From Candidatus Calditenuaceae archaeon HR02 (GTDB lineage Archaea; Thermoproteota; Nitrososphaeria_A; Caldarchaeales; Calditenuaceae), in assembly GCA_002898395.1 (NCBI GenBank), contig BEHE01000012.1, positions 10,818-74,817 of the forward strand: 64,000 nucleotides of DNA, in the 5' to 3' direction. Below are positions 1-9,581 of the stretch, piece after piece (within the stretch, counting starts at the first letter, position 1; every line of letters begins with the position of its first letter). A program made the position numbers and the translations under genes. Below the pieces are notes generated by a model, which worked only from the letters and a program-made list of their open reading frames with translations, was not told where the DNA came from and did no database searches.

Positions 1-793
1 TTTGGAACTCCTCAACAAGCATCCTCAACACGCTCCTAGCCTTGGTCTCGGCCGCAATCCTGCTTACCGTCTCGGCATCCACCCCCTGCGGATGTGGTTT
101 AGCCTCCCGAGGTGGCTCGGGAACCTGTTCGGTGACACGTCTGAAGAAGTAGAAGCGGCCCTTAGGGTCTATGAAGGAGATGTTAGCGTGAGGATTAATG
201 AGAGACGTCATCTTGAGATACTCTACTATCTTGGGTTTACTCGTACTGTAGTCTGCCTCCAGTGTGAAGTCAACAATGGTTCCCCGCCAGCCATCCTTGT
301 TTTCGATCACCCTTTTATCGATTATCCGAGGCTCGTTTGAAACGATGTCAATCATTAACTGGTACTCGTATATTTTCCCCTTACCCTGGCTCGAGACTAT
401 TCTGAAGGGCCTGTTAGTAGTTATCTGTCCGTATAGTAGAGCCATTGTCCCACCGACTCCGAATGTTCCCCTAGACTGCTTGAAGCCGTACTTACTTCCG
501 TATAGGATTGTGCCAAAGGCTTTGGGGATGTTATCTCCGTCCACACCTATGCCGTTGTCCCTGACAACCAGACGATATATCTCGTTCCCACCTTCACCCT
601 CGCCACCCTCAGAAGCTAGCTCGATAGAGATCTCCGGGAGTATTTTCCCCACCTCACATGCGTCGAGGGAGTTCTCTACAAGCTCCCTGATGCTCATGTA
701 TAGAGATCTGGCCGGACTGCTGAATCCCGCGATATCGCGGTTACGGTAGAAGAAGTCTGCAGGCGATATCTGCTCAAACTTTACTTCAACCAT
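1..793 (-). CDS. top6B: DNA topoisomerase VI subunit B, N-terminal part (runs off left edge)
   Basis: Manual minus-strand translation from ATG 793: MVEVKFEQISPADFFYRNRDIAGFSSPARSLYMSIRELVENSLDACE, then the GHKL DNGIG motif. Absent from the ORF track because it is truncated by the window. Confidence 0.95.
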   Translation of the reverse strand, partial: MVEVKFEQISPADFFYRNRDIAGFSSPARSLYMSIRELVENSLDACEVGKILPEISIELASEGGEGEGGNEIYRLVVRDNGIGVDGDNIPKAFGTILYGSKYGFKQSRGTFGVGGTMALLYGQITTNRPFRIVSSQGKGKIYEYQLMIDIVSNEPRIIDKRVIENKDGWRGTIVDFTLEADYSTSKPKIVEYLKMTSLINPHANISFIDPKGRFYFFRRVTEQVPEPPREAKPHPQGVDAETVSRIAAETKARSVLRMLVEEFQ

Positions 794-902
794 CTAACGT
801 TATTTTCTCCGACCTCCTAATAGACTCATGCCTATCGGGGAGCGGCAAAAATGCTCTTAGAACTACGGAACGTCTTCGACCGTTCTGTAGGACATGGCCA
901 GC

Positions 903-1469
903 TTAGTAAAGGTGTGTGAACTTCCTCTTCTGGGCGTAGCCGTCTAGGAACTTGTATACTGAGGTGTGGGGGGCACCTTTAATCAGCATCTCGACTGCCT
1001 CCTTCGCCGCGTCTACATCCCTTATGCCCCCTATGATGGCTACAGTGTCTTGACCGACAGAGACATAGACATGCGCCGTCTCCTCTATTATTCTTCGAGT
1101 CTTTCCACCGGAGCCTATTATCCTCGCCTTAATCCTCGTAATGTCTTCCTTATCCTTACCAATGTAGGATGTCAAATCAATAACTGCTAGGGCCATATCT
1201 TCTTGTGCTAAAGTCATCGCCCTGTCAGGGCTGAAACCATAGCCTATAGCCTCTACTATGTCCCTTGCCTTGAAGAGGTTTACTGGGTCCCAGTTCTTGG
1301 CGTCTTCGGGTCTCGGGGTAATCTCCACGAGCCCCTCCTTCGAGTCTATCTTGAGCGACACACCCAGCCTCTCCTCAATCTCTTTCTTAACCCGTCCTCC
1401 AGTTCCTACCAGGACTGCAACCCTTTCCAGGGGGATACGTGATATGAACCGGGTCTGGGGGCTTGACAA
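903..1469 (-). CDS. KH-domain pre-rRNA processing protein (Dim2/Pno1-like)
   Basis: Two KH GxxG loops (LVGTGG, IIGSGGKTRRIIEE), GFSPDRA motif, C-terminal GAPHTSVYKFL. Confidence 0.9.
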   Translation of the reverse strand: MSSPQTRFISRIPLERVAVLVGTGGRVKKEIEERLGVSLKIDSKEGLVEITPRPEDAKNWDPVNLFKARDIVEAIGYGFSPDRAMTLAQEDMALAVIDLTSYIGKDKEDITRIKARIIGSGGKTRRIIEETAHVYVSVGQDTVAIIGGIRDVDAAKEAVEMLIKGAPHTSVYKFLDGYAQKRKFTHLY

Positions 1470-1515
1470 TTTCTATCCAGCCGCGTTGAATCCGTATATT
1501 TGGTGCCTGATAGAT

Positions 1516-2115
1516 TTATTCTCCCTCCCTTTGAGGTCCCCCCTCTTCCCCGGTTGTCGACTGGTGGGCTGGGTGCTGCATGGCCTCTTGTATTTTCCGC
1601 CTTATGGCGACGGGGTTGTCCTCAACACCCAAAAGCTCTGCGAAGAGCTTTGTAGTCCTCAGCAGGGAAGTACGGCCCTTCTTCTCTATCTCGACCAACC
1701 CGCGCTCAACCAGTTCTCTTATCTGGGCATAGGCCCGGCCACCCCGAACCGCGGCTACGGTAGACTTGTCCACAGGCTGGTGATAGGCAATGAATGAGAG
1801 CGTTCTCAGAGCACCCACGCCAAGCACCGTCCTTCCCACATGCTTTTTCACCAGTACAAGCCATTCAGGTTTAACATGCATCATATAGCTCTCCCCCCTA
1901 AACCTGGAGATTGTGAAGGCCCTCCCGGACTCTTCATACTCCTTCCTCAGCTCTTCAAGGACTGCCTCCACGCTCTTCCTACTCCTTAAGCCAGAGATCG
2001 ATCGGAGCCGCTCTAGCGTTAGTGGCCTGTCGCTTAGGAAGAGGGCTGCCTCTATTATTGGCTTGGCGAGCGCCTCGCTACTCCCCCTGGCTTCATGCCT
2101 GGCTTTCTTTGACAT
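1516..2115 (-). CDS. scpB: SMC-Scp complex subunit ScpB
   Basis: IIEAALFLSDRPLT; ALRTLSFIAYHQPV; AAVRG; RTTKLFAELLG; downstream of smc/scpA. Confidence 0.93.
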   Translation of the reverse strand: MSKKARHEARGSSEALAKPIIEAALFLSDRPLTLERLRSISGLRSRKSVEAVLEELRKEYEESGRAFTISRFRGESYMMHVKPEWLVLVKKHVGRTVLGVGALRTLSFIAYHQPVDKSTVAAVRGGRAYAQIRELVERGLVEIEKKGRTSLLRTTKLFAELLGVEDNPVAIRRKIQEAMQHPAHQSTTGEEGGPQREGE

Positions 2116-2770
2116 TAGAGCCCCTCCATTTCAAGAATATGCGGCCTGTATGCTCATCCTCGTACAGCTCTACCACACCTCTTCCAGCAGCAATGAGCAG
2201 GAGGATAAACCTTCTAGCTGCCTCAAGCCTATCCACTCCGCGGAAGAGCTCGATCAGCGGGAAGATGTCAGCCTCCGAGAGAAGGCTCTCAAGGAATTTT
2301 ATGAAGTCCTCGATCTCTTCCTCAATCTTGACCAGATACCTGTCCAAGTTTATGTCGGTCTGTAGCATATTGGTTGTCGTGGGTGTGGGTGTTGCAGACT
2401 CCATGACTGCTCGCAGAGCGCCAACTATCTCTAGGATGGTTGTAGAGAGCATTCCGGGTTTAACGGGTATGTCTATTATCGGTGGTACAATAAGGTTAGG
2501 CTTCGGCTTCTCCTCAGGCTCCCTAGCAGGCTGGAAAAGATGCTCAGATCTCAGCCGATGGATGTATGAGGCGCCCCAAAGGGCTACGCCTTCCTGCGGG
2601 AGAGTAAGCTGCTGGGAGGAAACAACCTCCCTAAACTGCATGAGAAGCGATAGGAGGTTAAGCCGGAGTATGATGGGCTTACTGAGCAGATGGACGGCTA
2701 AAAGTATGCGCCAGTCAACGTCCTCAGGCTTGGCTTTCCTCGAGCTTCGTAACAACGATTCTAGACTCAC
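2093..2770 (-). CDS. scpA: Kleisin ScpA, divergent
   Basis: Lies between smc and scpB; GVALWGASYIHRLRSEHL kleisin N-helix; C-terminal winged helix RRFILLLIAAGRGVVELYED. Confidence 0.8.
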   Translation of the reverse strand: MSLESLLRSSRKAKPEDVDWRILLAVHLLSKPIILRLNLLSLLMQFREVVSSQQLTLPQEGVALWGASYIHRLRSEHLFQPAREPEEKPKPNLIVPPIIDIPVKPGMLSTTILEIVGALRAVMESATPTPTTTNMLQTDINLDRYLVKIEEEIEDFIKFLESLLSEADIFPLIELFRGVDRLEAARRFILLLIAAGRGVVELYEDEHTGRIFLKWRGSNVKESQA

Positions 2771-5700
2771 CTCCCTGATTATAGACTCCTATAAGCTGGT
2801 CACCCTTCTCAGCGATAACATCCTTCAGACTGACCGCGATGACCTGCGCTCTCTTAGAAAACTCCTTCAAAAGGGACGCTAAATTCTTGCTGTAGTTCGC
2901 ATCCATGTGAGCGTCTACCTCATCCATTATTAAGAAGTCGGCTGGAGTTAGACCCTGGAAGGCCATTAAAAGTGCTACTGCAGCGACAGACTTCTCTCCC
3001 CCGCTAATGCTCCTCGACGGCCTAGGCGACTTCCCGGGAAAAGCAACAACCATCTCAACCCCCGATTGTAATGTATTTTCAGGGTCTGAGAATTCAAGCC
3101 ATGCAGAGCCACCAGTTAGGGCCGTGAAATACCTCCCAAACCCTTCAGAGACCTTATTGAAAGTCTTCATGAATACCTCCAGCTTCTTCGCATCAAGTAT
3201 CTCCAATATCTCAAGTATCTTCCTCCTCTCTTCCTCAAGCAAAGCCACACTCCTAGAACGGCCCCTATACTCCACTATTTGCTCCGAATACTGCATAGAG
3301 GCTAGCTGATTCACCATCCCTATTTCGCTAAGCTCTGCCTCTAGCTCCTTCTCGATGCTCTCCTTAAGCTCGCGGGGGAGAAGCGACAAATCTTCTAGAG
3401 GGGGCTCATTCATCAAGGATAGCCGCTCAAATAGAGAGTTCCTCCTCATGCTCAGCTCCACACGCGACACCGCCAAGTTCCGAGCTCTCGACTCGATCGA
3501 TATTAGCTCCCCCCGTCCCTCCTCTATCCTGTTCTCGATGTCTGTCAACTCCTCACTCAGCGCTCCCCTAACTTTAAGGAGTTCAGAAACCCTTCTCGAC
3601 AATGCATCGAGCTCATCGCTCTTTTGGGAGGATTTTCTCCAAGAATCTAGGTAGAGCAGCGCATAGTTGATCAACCTTTTTTTAGAATCTTCAGCCTCCC
3701 GCCACAGTCTCTCAACATTTCTTTCAACTTGCCCAATTTTTCCGACAAGATGATTACGCCTATTTTCTATCTGGTCTAACCGTTCTTTGAGAGACTTAAC
3801 AGCTGTGCTCACTTCGCCAGCCCTACGCTCGATGGAATTAATCCTAAAGTTTAGGTCTTCTAGCTGGACTTGGAGGTTCCCCGCCTCGACATCTTCAGGG
3901 TCCCTAATCTCGCCGATCCTCGCTCTGACTTTTTCGAGATTCTCATAAAGATTGTTTCGAAGACTCGCTAGGTTAGATAGCTCGCTTCTCAAGCCCCTGA
4001 CTCTCTCGGTTACCCTCTTTTCCTCCTCTCGCAGCTCTTCAAGCCTCATGGAGAGGTTCCTTATACGCGCCTCAACTTCTTGTCTCTGAACAGTAACATT
4101 CATAATCTTCTCCTCGACCAATTTATACTCCTGCCTCAACCTGCTGAGGGTTGCCGCACATTCCGCCCCAACCTCCTCAACAACCCGCATGGTCTCCTCT
4201 ACTCTGGCCCGGAGCCTCTCCAACTTTCTCCTCATGCCCACCTGCGCGAGAACCCTGAATACTCCATGCCCATTATAATGTATGCCGTCTTGAGTTATGG
4301 CGGGCTGCTCCGGCTCAAGCCTGGCATCGACGCTTAGCATGTGCCTTGGAAAGATAGAGTGTAGTATGTTTCTTAACTGGGTGTTCTCCCCCGCTAGGTT
4401 GCAGGCTAAACATTTGGAGCCGCTGCAGCCTTTTTCTTCAGCATCCTTCAGACTTATCACTGACAGTCTAACCCCCCTCTCTGTTGCTGCTTTAGCGAGG
4501 GCTAAGGCTAGGCTGTCATCCTTAACGATTAACGCGTCAAGATAGTCTAGAATATATGTCGAGAGTTCTGAGTGCTGGGTGTTGAGGCTCCGGATATAGT
4601 CCCCAAGCCTCAGTATCTTGGAGTGGGTTGGAGATTGAGTATCTTGAGACCCTTCGTCTCGCACTTCACCTACACTGAAAGTCGCTAGAGCACCATCAAT
4701 CTCTGCTCTCAGCCTCAACAAGTCTTCAGCACGCCTCCTAACCTCTCCTTCCAACCCCTCGTAAACGCCTATCTTTGACGAGAGCACCTGCAGATCGCTG
4801 TTTAATTGGGTTAAGAGGTTATTAACATCTTCAAGAATCACACGACTACGATCAAGCTCAGCCTCAACAACGCTTCTCTCAGACTTAACCTTCTCAAGCA
4901 TCCCTTCATCTTCTACTATTCTCTGCGAGACTTCGCCGACCCTCTGCTCGGTAAAAGCTATTCTAGCCTCAATCTGGCTCAACTCTCTTGCCAAGTTAGA
5001 TCGCTGAACCTCAATCGAGGCAACCTCATCCTTCCATTTCTTCAATGAGTTGAGTAGGCCCGAGCGCTGGTCCTTAAGCTCTTTCAAGAGATGTTCCAGT
5101 TTTTCAAGTTCACTTAGGTTTTGTTGGTATCTCTTTTCAGCTTCCAAACGTTCCTCATCAAGCATATTGATTTCTAGTCTTATCGTCTGAATGCTTCGCA
5201 AGGACTCTAGAATCTCTTGTTTCAACTTAGAGTATCTGACACCCTCATTCCTGATGGACGATTTAAGAGACTCGAGAGATGTCCCATGACCCTGGTTCAT
5301 TATCCTTATGCTGCTTATCTTGCTTTGTATCTCGTTTAACTCTGCCTCAACATTTTTGGCCCTCGAGAGCTTATCCTGCCTCTCCCTTAGCAGGTTTTCA
5401 ACGCTTCGTGAAACTCTTGCCCGCTCTGCCTCGAGCAAGCGCTCCTCATCCTCGAGTGATGAGACTTTGACCTCCAGTTCTTTGAGTTCTTCCAAAAGCT
5501 TTTGCCTCCGCAGCTGTGAGAGATATCGCGAGATAAGCTGGTTCCTAGATAGCCTGCTCATCTCAAGCTCAAGCTGCTTAACCCTGCTTCTTAGCTCACT
5601 TAGGCCTGCTCGTGCAATGGCCACATTCTTCTCGGCTACTTCAAGCTCCTTCATAGCCTCGGTCTTGCGGCGATCAAACTCAGAGACACCTGCTACCTCG

Positions 5701-6185
5701 TCGATAATTCTCCGAAGCTCTTCAGGGCTTTTTTCGGCGATGCTTAGAACTGCGCCCTGGGTTATGATGTTGAACCCGCTTGGCCTGATGTTTGCCGAGG
5801 CTAGGATTGATAGGAGTTCGTTTCTAGATACTGTCTTTCCATTTACCCTGTAGACGCTCTCTCCACTAGTCAGAATTGTCCTTGAGATTATTACCTCATC
5901 AGTGTCTAGGGGGAGAGCCCTGTCAGTGTTGTCGAGCGCTAGGGTCACTGTTGCTTGGCCTAAACGCCGGCCATTATTTTCGTGAATAAGGTCTGAAAGC
6001 TTCCCAACCCTTAGCGCGTTGTTGCTCAGCTCCCCTAGGCTAAACTTTATAGCGTCTAGAACATTGCTTTTACCGCCGCCGTTGGGTCCTGTGATGACCA
6101 CGAACCCCTTCTCCGGCTTTATAACGACCCTCTTAGGACCAAAGGACTTAAAACCCTGAATGGTGACTCGCTTGATGTAAACCAT
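2724..6185 (-). CDS. smc: Chromosome segregation protein SMC
   Basis: GFKSF, Walker A GPNGGGKSN, Q-loop TQG, long coiled coils, signature ISGGEKS, Walker B IMDEVDAHMD. Confidence 0.97.
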   Translation of the reverse strand: MVYIKRVTIQGFKSFGPKRVVIKPEKGFVVITGPNGGGKSNVLDAIKFSLGELSNNALRVGKLSDLIHENNGRRLGQATVTLALDNTDRALPLDTDEVIISRTILTSGESVYRVNGKTVSRNELLSILASANIRPSGFNIITQGAVLSIAEKSPEELRRIIDEVAGVSEFDRRKTEAMKELEVAEKNVAIARAGLSELRSRVKQLELEMSRLSRNQLISRYLSQLRRQKLLEELKELEVKVSSLEDEERLLEAERARVSRSVENLLRERQDKLSRAKNVEAELNEIQSKISSIRIMNQGHGTSLESLKSSIRNEGVRYSKLKQEILESLRSIQTIRLEINMLDEERLEAEKRYQQNLSELEKLEHLLKELKDQRSGLLNSLKKWKDEVASIEVQRSNLARELSQIEARIAFTEQRVGEVSQRIVEDEGMLEKVKSERSVVEAELDRSRVILEDVNNLLTQLNSDLQVLSSKIGVYEGLEGEVRRRAEDLLRLRAEIDGALATFSVGEVRDEGSQDTQSPTHSKILRLGDYIRSLNTQHSELSTYILDYLDALIVKDDSLALALAKAATERGVRLSVISLKDAEEKGCSGSKCLACNLAGENTQLRNILHSIFPRHMLSVDARLEPEQPAITQDGIHYNGHGVFRVLAQVGMRRKLERLRARVEETMRVVEEVGAECAATLSRLRQEYKLVEEKIMNVTVQRQEVEARIRNLSMRLEELREEEKRVTERVRGLRSELSNLASLRNNLYENLEKVRARIGEIRDPEDVEAGNLQVQLEDLNFRINSIERRAGEVSTAVKSLKERLDQIENRRNHLVGKIGQVERNVERLWREAEDSKKRLINYALLYLDSWRKSSQKSDELDALSRRVSELLKVRGALSEELTDIENRIEEGRGELISIESRARNLAVSRVELSMRRNSLFERLSLMNEPPLEDLSLLPRELKESIEKELEAELSEIGMVNQLASMQYSEQIVEYRGRSRSVALLEEERRKILEILEILDAKKLEVFMKTFNKVSEGFGRYFTALTGGSAWLEFSDPENTLQSGVEMVVAFPGKSPRPSRSISGGEKSVAAVALLMAFQGLTPADFLIMDEVDAHMDANYSKNLASLLKEFSKRAQVIAVSLKDVIAEKGDQLIGVYNQGGESRIVVTKLEESQA

Positions 6186-6273
6186 TATCCGTTTTTCGTC
6201 ATTGAATGATGCGGGTTTATATAGACATTGCTCGTATCCGCGGTAAGAATATTATCATGGGCCGGAGGCCGGT

Positions 6274-7659
6274 CTAACCTTTACCATATACATACTTGTA
6301 GTGTGTCCCGAAGATGTCCTCAACCCTCTTTCCGACGTCTTCAGGCTCCACGTAGATGTCCATCAGTGTTTCCAGGTCTATCTCTTTCTCTCCACGCCTC
6401 TGCCACTTGTTCTCCAGCATATGCCTCATGCTCCACCGGACTTCGGAGACGTCTATCTGGCTTATGACTGGCTCGAAGAAGCCCATCGCAATCAGTCTAA
6501 CCGCCTCCTCACGGCTTAAGCCCCTGGTCATCAGATACCAGACGTGGTCAGGGTCTACTTGACTTACGCTTGCTGAGTGTGTTGCCTTAACATTGTCGCT
6601 TTCTATCTCAAGTCCTGGTATTGCATCTGCTCTAGCGCTGGGACTGAGAAGCATCGCGTGTTCTGCCAAATAAGCACTGGTGTTCTTCGCGCTCTTCTCA
6701 ATCTTAATGATACCCTTAAAAATTATTCGCGAAGTGTCAAGCCCTAAGCCTTTCACCATCACCCTTCCCGTTGTCCCTTCACCTCTATGAATCAAGTTTG
6801 CCGTTACATCGAACCTCTGAGACCCTGAGGCCATTGTAACTTCTAAAGTATCGGCGCGCGCCCCGTTCCCTACCAATATGTTGTCGACATGAGATTTAGT
6901 GACCCCACCTCCTAGGTTTGCGCCAATCCATGTCTGGGAGGCATAGTTCATGATGTATGACCGCCTATATATCGCCACCTCCGTATTGCTTGAGAGGTTG
7001 TTGAAGATGGCATGCTTTACTGAGGAGTTTTCCCCTCCGAAAACTGCAATGATGTGTCCCACAAAGGACTTCGCACCCACTCCATATGTGTAATGCTCCT
7101 CCAACACTGATACTCGTGAATTGGCTCCAGCATAAACTAGTGTGACAGCGGAGGTTACCCCCTTATCTTCCCCCGTTAGCCAGATGAGCCTGACCTTCAC
7201 GTCTTCACCTAGGTTATCGGGAATGTAGACCAGTATGCCAGAGTTTATCGCGCTGTAGATTAAGCCTACCACCTTATCTTCCTCTGGTCTAATGCAATAC
7301 TCTGTCAACATCTTCTCAACAAGCTCGGGCCTACGCCTTAGACCATCCCACAGAGTTTCCACCACAACTCCTTTCTCAGCCAACTCTTCGGGAATATTAA
7401 CTGTGAAAGTTTTCCCTGTGAGGTTAATCGCAAGCGGCTCATCCCGCTTCTCTAACAGTGGTGTAAAACGCTCGGGAAGTTTGTCGTCCCTAGGACCTCT
7501 TACAGACCCTATCCACTCATCGTCTACTGATAATTTCTCATGATGTTTGACGTAGAGCGGGTTCGTCACATACTCGAGAGTCTTATAGCTCTTCAAACCC
7601 CTTATCCTAAGACTTTCGAGCAGCATCTGATCCCCCTTTGATCTACTTGCCTCAGACAT
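6274..7659 (-). CDS. SufB/SufD-family Fe-S cluster assembly protein (SufD-like)
   Basis: ADAIPGLEIESDNVKATHSASVSQVD..WYLMTRGLSREEAVRLIAMGFF. Confidence 0.88.
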   Translation of the reverse strand: MSEASRSKGDQMLLESLRIRGLKSYKTLEYVTNPLYVKHHEKLSVDDEWIGSVRGPRDDKLPERFTPLLEKRDEPLAINLTGKTFTVNIPEELAEKGVVVETLWDGLRRRPELVEKMLTEYCIRPEEDKVVGLIYSAINSGILVYIPDNLGEDVKVRLIWLTGEDKGVTSAVTLVYAGANSRVSVLEEHYTYGVGAKSFVGHIIAVFGGENSSVKHAIFNNLSSNTEVAIYRRSYIMNYASQTWIGANLGGGVTKSHVDNILVGNGARADTLEVTMASGSQRFDVTANLIHRGEGTTGRVMVKGLGLDTSRIIFKGIIKIEKSAKNTSAYLAEHAMLLSPSARADAIPGLEIESDNVKATHSASVSQVDPDHVWYLMTRGLSREEAVRLIAMGFFEPVISQIDVSEVRWSMRHMLENKWQRRGEKEIDLETLMDIYVEPEDVGKRVEDIFGTHYKYVYGKG

Positions 7660-7718
7660 TCTACAGGATAATTTTTCGCCAAGCCCTATTTAAGTTAAGA
7701 ACAATTAACCACTCTAGG

Positions 7719-8057
7719 CTACTTTTCTATTCGAGCCCTCAGAAACTCCGGCAGAATACCCTTCTGCGCTAGGCTGAGGGCCTGATTCTTAGTGAACCTC
7801 CACCATATGTCGCCTCTCGTATCCTTCTGAAAGTCCCATGGGCTGACAAGGACAAGGTCACCCTCCTTCACCCATATCTTCCTCTTGAGCTGACCCCGAA
7901 TCCTGCAGAGTCTTTGCTTACCATCTGAACAGTCTACAATTACCTTATCATACCCAACCATCTTCGATATCACTCCATATACGTCGTCAGGACCAGGCTC
8001 CGGCATATTCTCCAACTCTTTTGGTTCAGCGATTATTTTCCTCTTTCCCACGGCCAT
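7719..8057 (-). CDS. eif1a: Translation initiation factor aIF-1A
   Basis: DGKQRLCRIRGQLKRKIWVKEGDLVLVSPWDFQ..RGDI; likely start ATG 8057 rather than 8156. Confidence 0.95.
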   Translation of the reverse strand: MAVGKRKIIAEPKELENMPEPGPDDVYGVISKMVGYDKVIVDCSDGKQRLCRIRGQLKRKIWVKEGDLVLVSPWDFQKDTRGDIWWRFTKNQALSLAQKGILPEFLRARIEK

Positions 8058-8525
8058 TATATACACAGCCCTCGATTTAAGGATGGGTAAGCTGATCTCT
8101 CCTCTCCAAAAGTTTAAAGGGGTGAAGACGATGGAGGGTGCTGAGTCCTGGTACATCTAAAGCCTTAGAACGATCGGTTAAGAACAGGTTCTTGGCCGGA
8201 TTTTCGGAGGGTTTGGCTAGTACCTTAACGTCGCCCCCTACCTTAAGGCTGGTAAGCATTGTTTTTACCTCTTGGCTCCCGTCCCCATGATCAAACGGTA
8301 GGGCTCATAGGTATGAGGCCTTGGTAGTGGTTTGTCTGGAGTCCCACGTCACTCTCCACCCTTCTTACTAATTTGGTCGGATTATTGGCGGCTATTATGG
8401 ATTATGGATCATTAGGGATATTTGGTTGGCGAGCTGAGGCGCTCTAACCCATCCCTAAATCGTTTTACTCTACAATCCAATTCTTAGACCATAAACTTTA
8501 TTTTACACTTTTCCTGTTGGGGGTA

Positions 8526-9208
8526 ATGCTACTATCCCCACCCACTCTAACCGAGTTTATCTACGTCACAGCCTTGTTTGCTTGGGTGCTTCTTGTAAGC
8601 CATTACATCTGCAAGAGGACCTACAACGCATTCTTAAAAAAGGGGGGTATGAACACCTTGTAGCCGTATACTATAATAGGAAAATAATCCACATCCTGGC
8701 TGGGGGACTGGTCTCTGTCCTCGTTCCGCTTCTGTTTAAGAGCTTCGTATTAATAGCTATACTAGTCGCAGTTCTCGCCGTCGGAAACTATCTTCCCCAC
8801 CGGAGTGGAAAGATTTGGTATTGGTATCAGATAAAGGAAAACATGTATGAGGTACACTTCATACTGATGTGGGGATTGATGATGTGTTTAGGATTTCTCT
8901 CAGGCAACCTCGCTATTGGTGTGTTGCCCATCCTGTTCATGAGCATAGGTGATGGTATCACCGGGATCGTGAGAAACATGATCTATCAACGGAGAACTAA
9001 GTCCTGGTGGGGTAATCTAGCCGTGGCCCTCTTCTGCATCCCCACTGGCTACCTCTTGCTAGGAGTCTCTGGCGCTGTGGCGGGGGCGGCCGCCTCGATT
9101 ATAGAGAAACTCGAATTCGGAAGGGTTGATGACAACATTACGGTTCCTCTTGTATCGTTCACAACTCTTTTAGCACTCCCCATAAGCGGGGTTCCTGTTT
9201 TCGTCTAA
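8526..9208 (+). CDS. Dolichol/phytol kinase-like membrane protein, split by a -1 frameshift at about 8636-8647
   Basis: RKIIHILAGG, GDGITGIVR, KSWWGN, DDNITVP motifs. The N-terminal TM segment (MLLSPPTLTEFIYVTALFAWVLLVSHY) is in a different frame, from ATG 8526 to stop 8661-8663. Confidence 0.8.
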
Positions 9209-9281
9209 ATCAACTATTATCGTCTGACATCCTATGTAAAAAATTTATTTTGGCGCATGGGGATATCAATCGGGGCCCCTG

Positions 9282-9581
9282 ATGTCTTACTGGATGAAGA
9301 TGCATAGGTCGTTGACTGGCGAGGTAGTTGTCGCGGTTTGTGACTCAGAGCTGCTGGGATTGAGATTGAGGGTTCGCGATGGGTATGAGGTCTCTGTCAG
9401 CCCCGATTTTTACATGGGAAGGGTGGTTGATTGGGAGGGAGTTAAAAGAGCCATGGAAGGTGCGACTATCATAAATTTGTTGGGGAATGACGTGGTTTCA
9501 AGGGCTATATCCGAAGGGCTGGTGTGTGAGTCTGCCTGCATCGAGGTCGGCGGAATAAAGCATGTCCAGCTCTTCAGATAG
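9282..9581 (+). CDS. DUF424-family protein
   Basis: VVAVCDSELLG..FY.G..ATIINLLGNDVV..A..IGGIKHVQ pattern. Confidence 0.85.
   Translation: MSYWMKMHRSLTGEVVVAVCDSELLGLRLRVRDGYEVSVSPDFYMGRVVDWEGVKRAMEGATIINLLGNDVVSRAISEGLVCESACIEVGGIKHVQLFR

Noticed and set aside
2-749. Plus-strand ORFs 2-340 and 264-749
   Set aside because: Antisense shadows of top6B, which is encoded on the minus strand
2022-2882. 286-aa plus-strand ORF
   Set aside because: Ser/Arg-rich shadow of scpA and smc with no recognisable motifs
8077-8460. 60-aa ORF and surrounding gap upstream of aIF-1A
   Set aside because: Possibly gene debris, but no family or structure I can support
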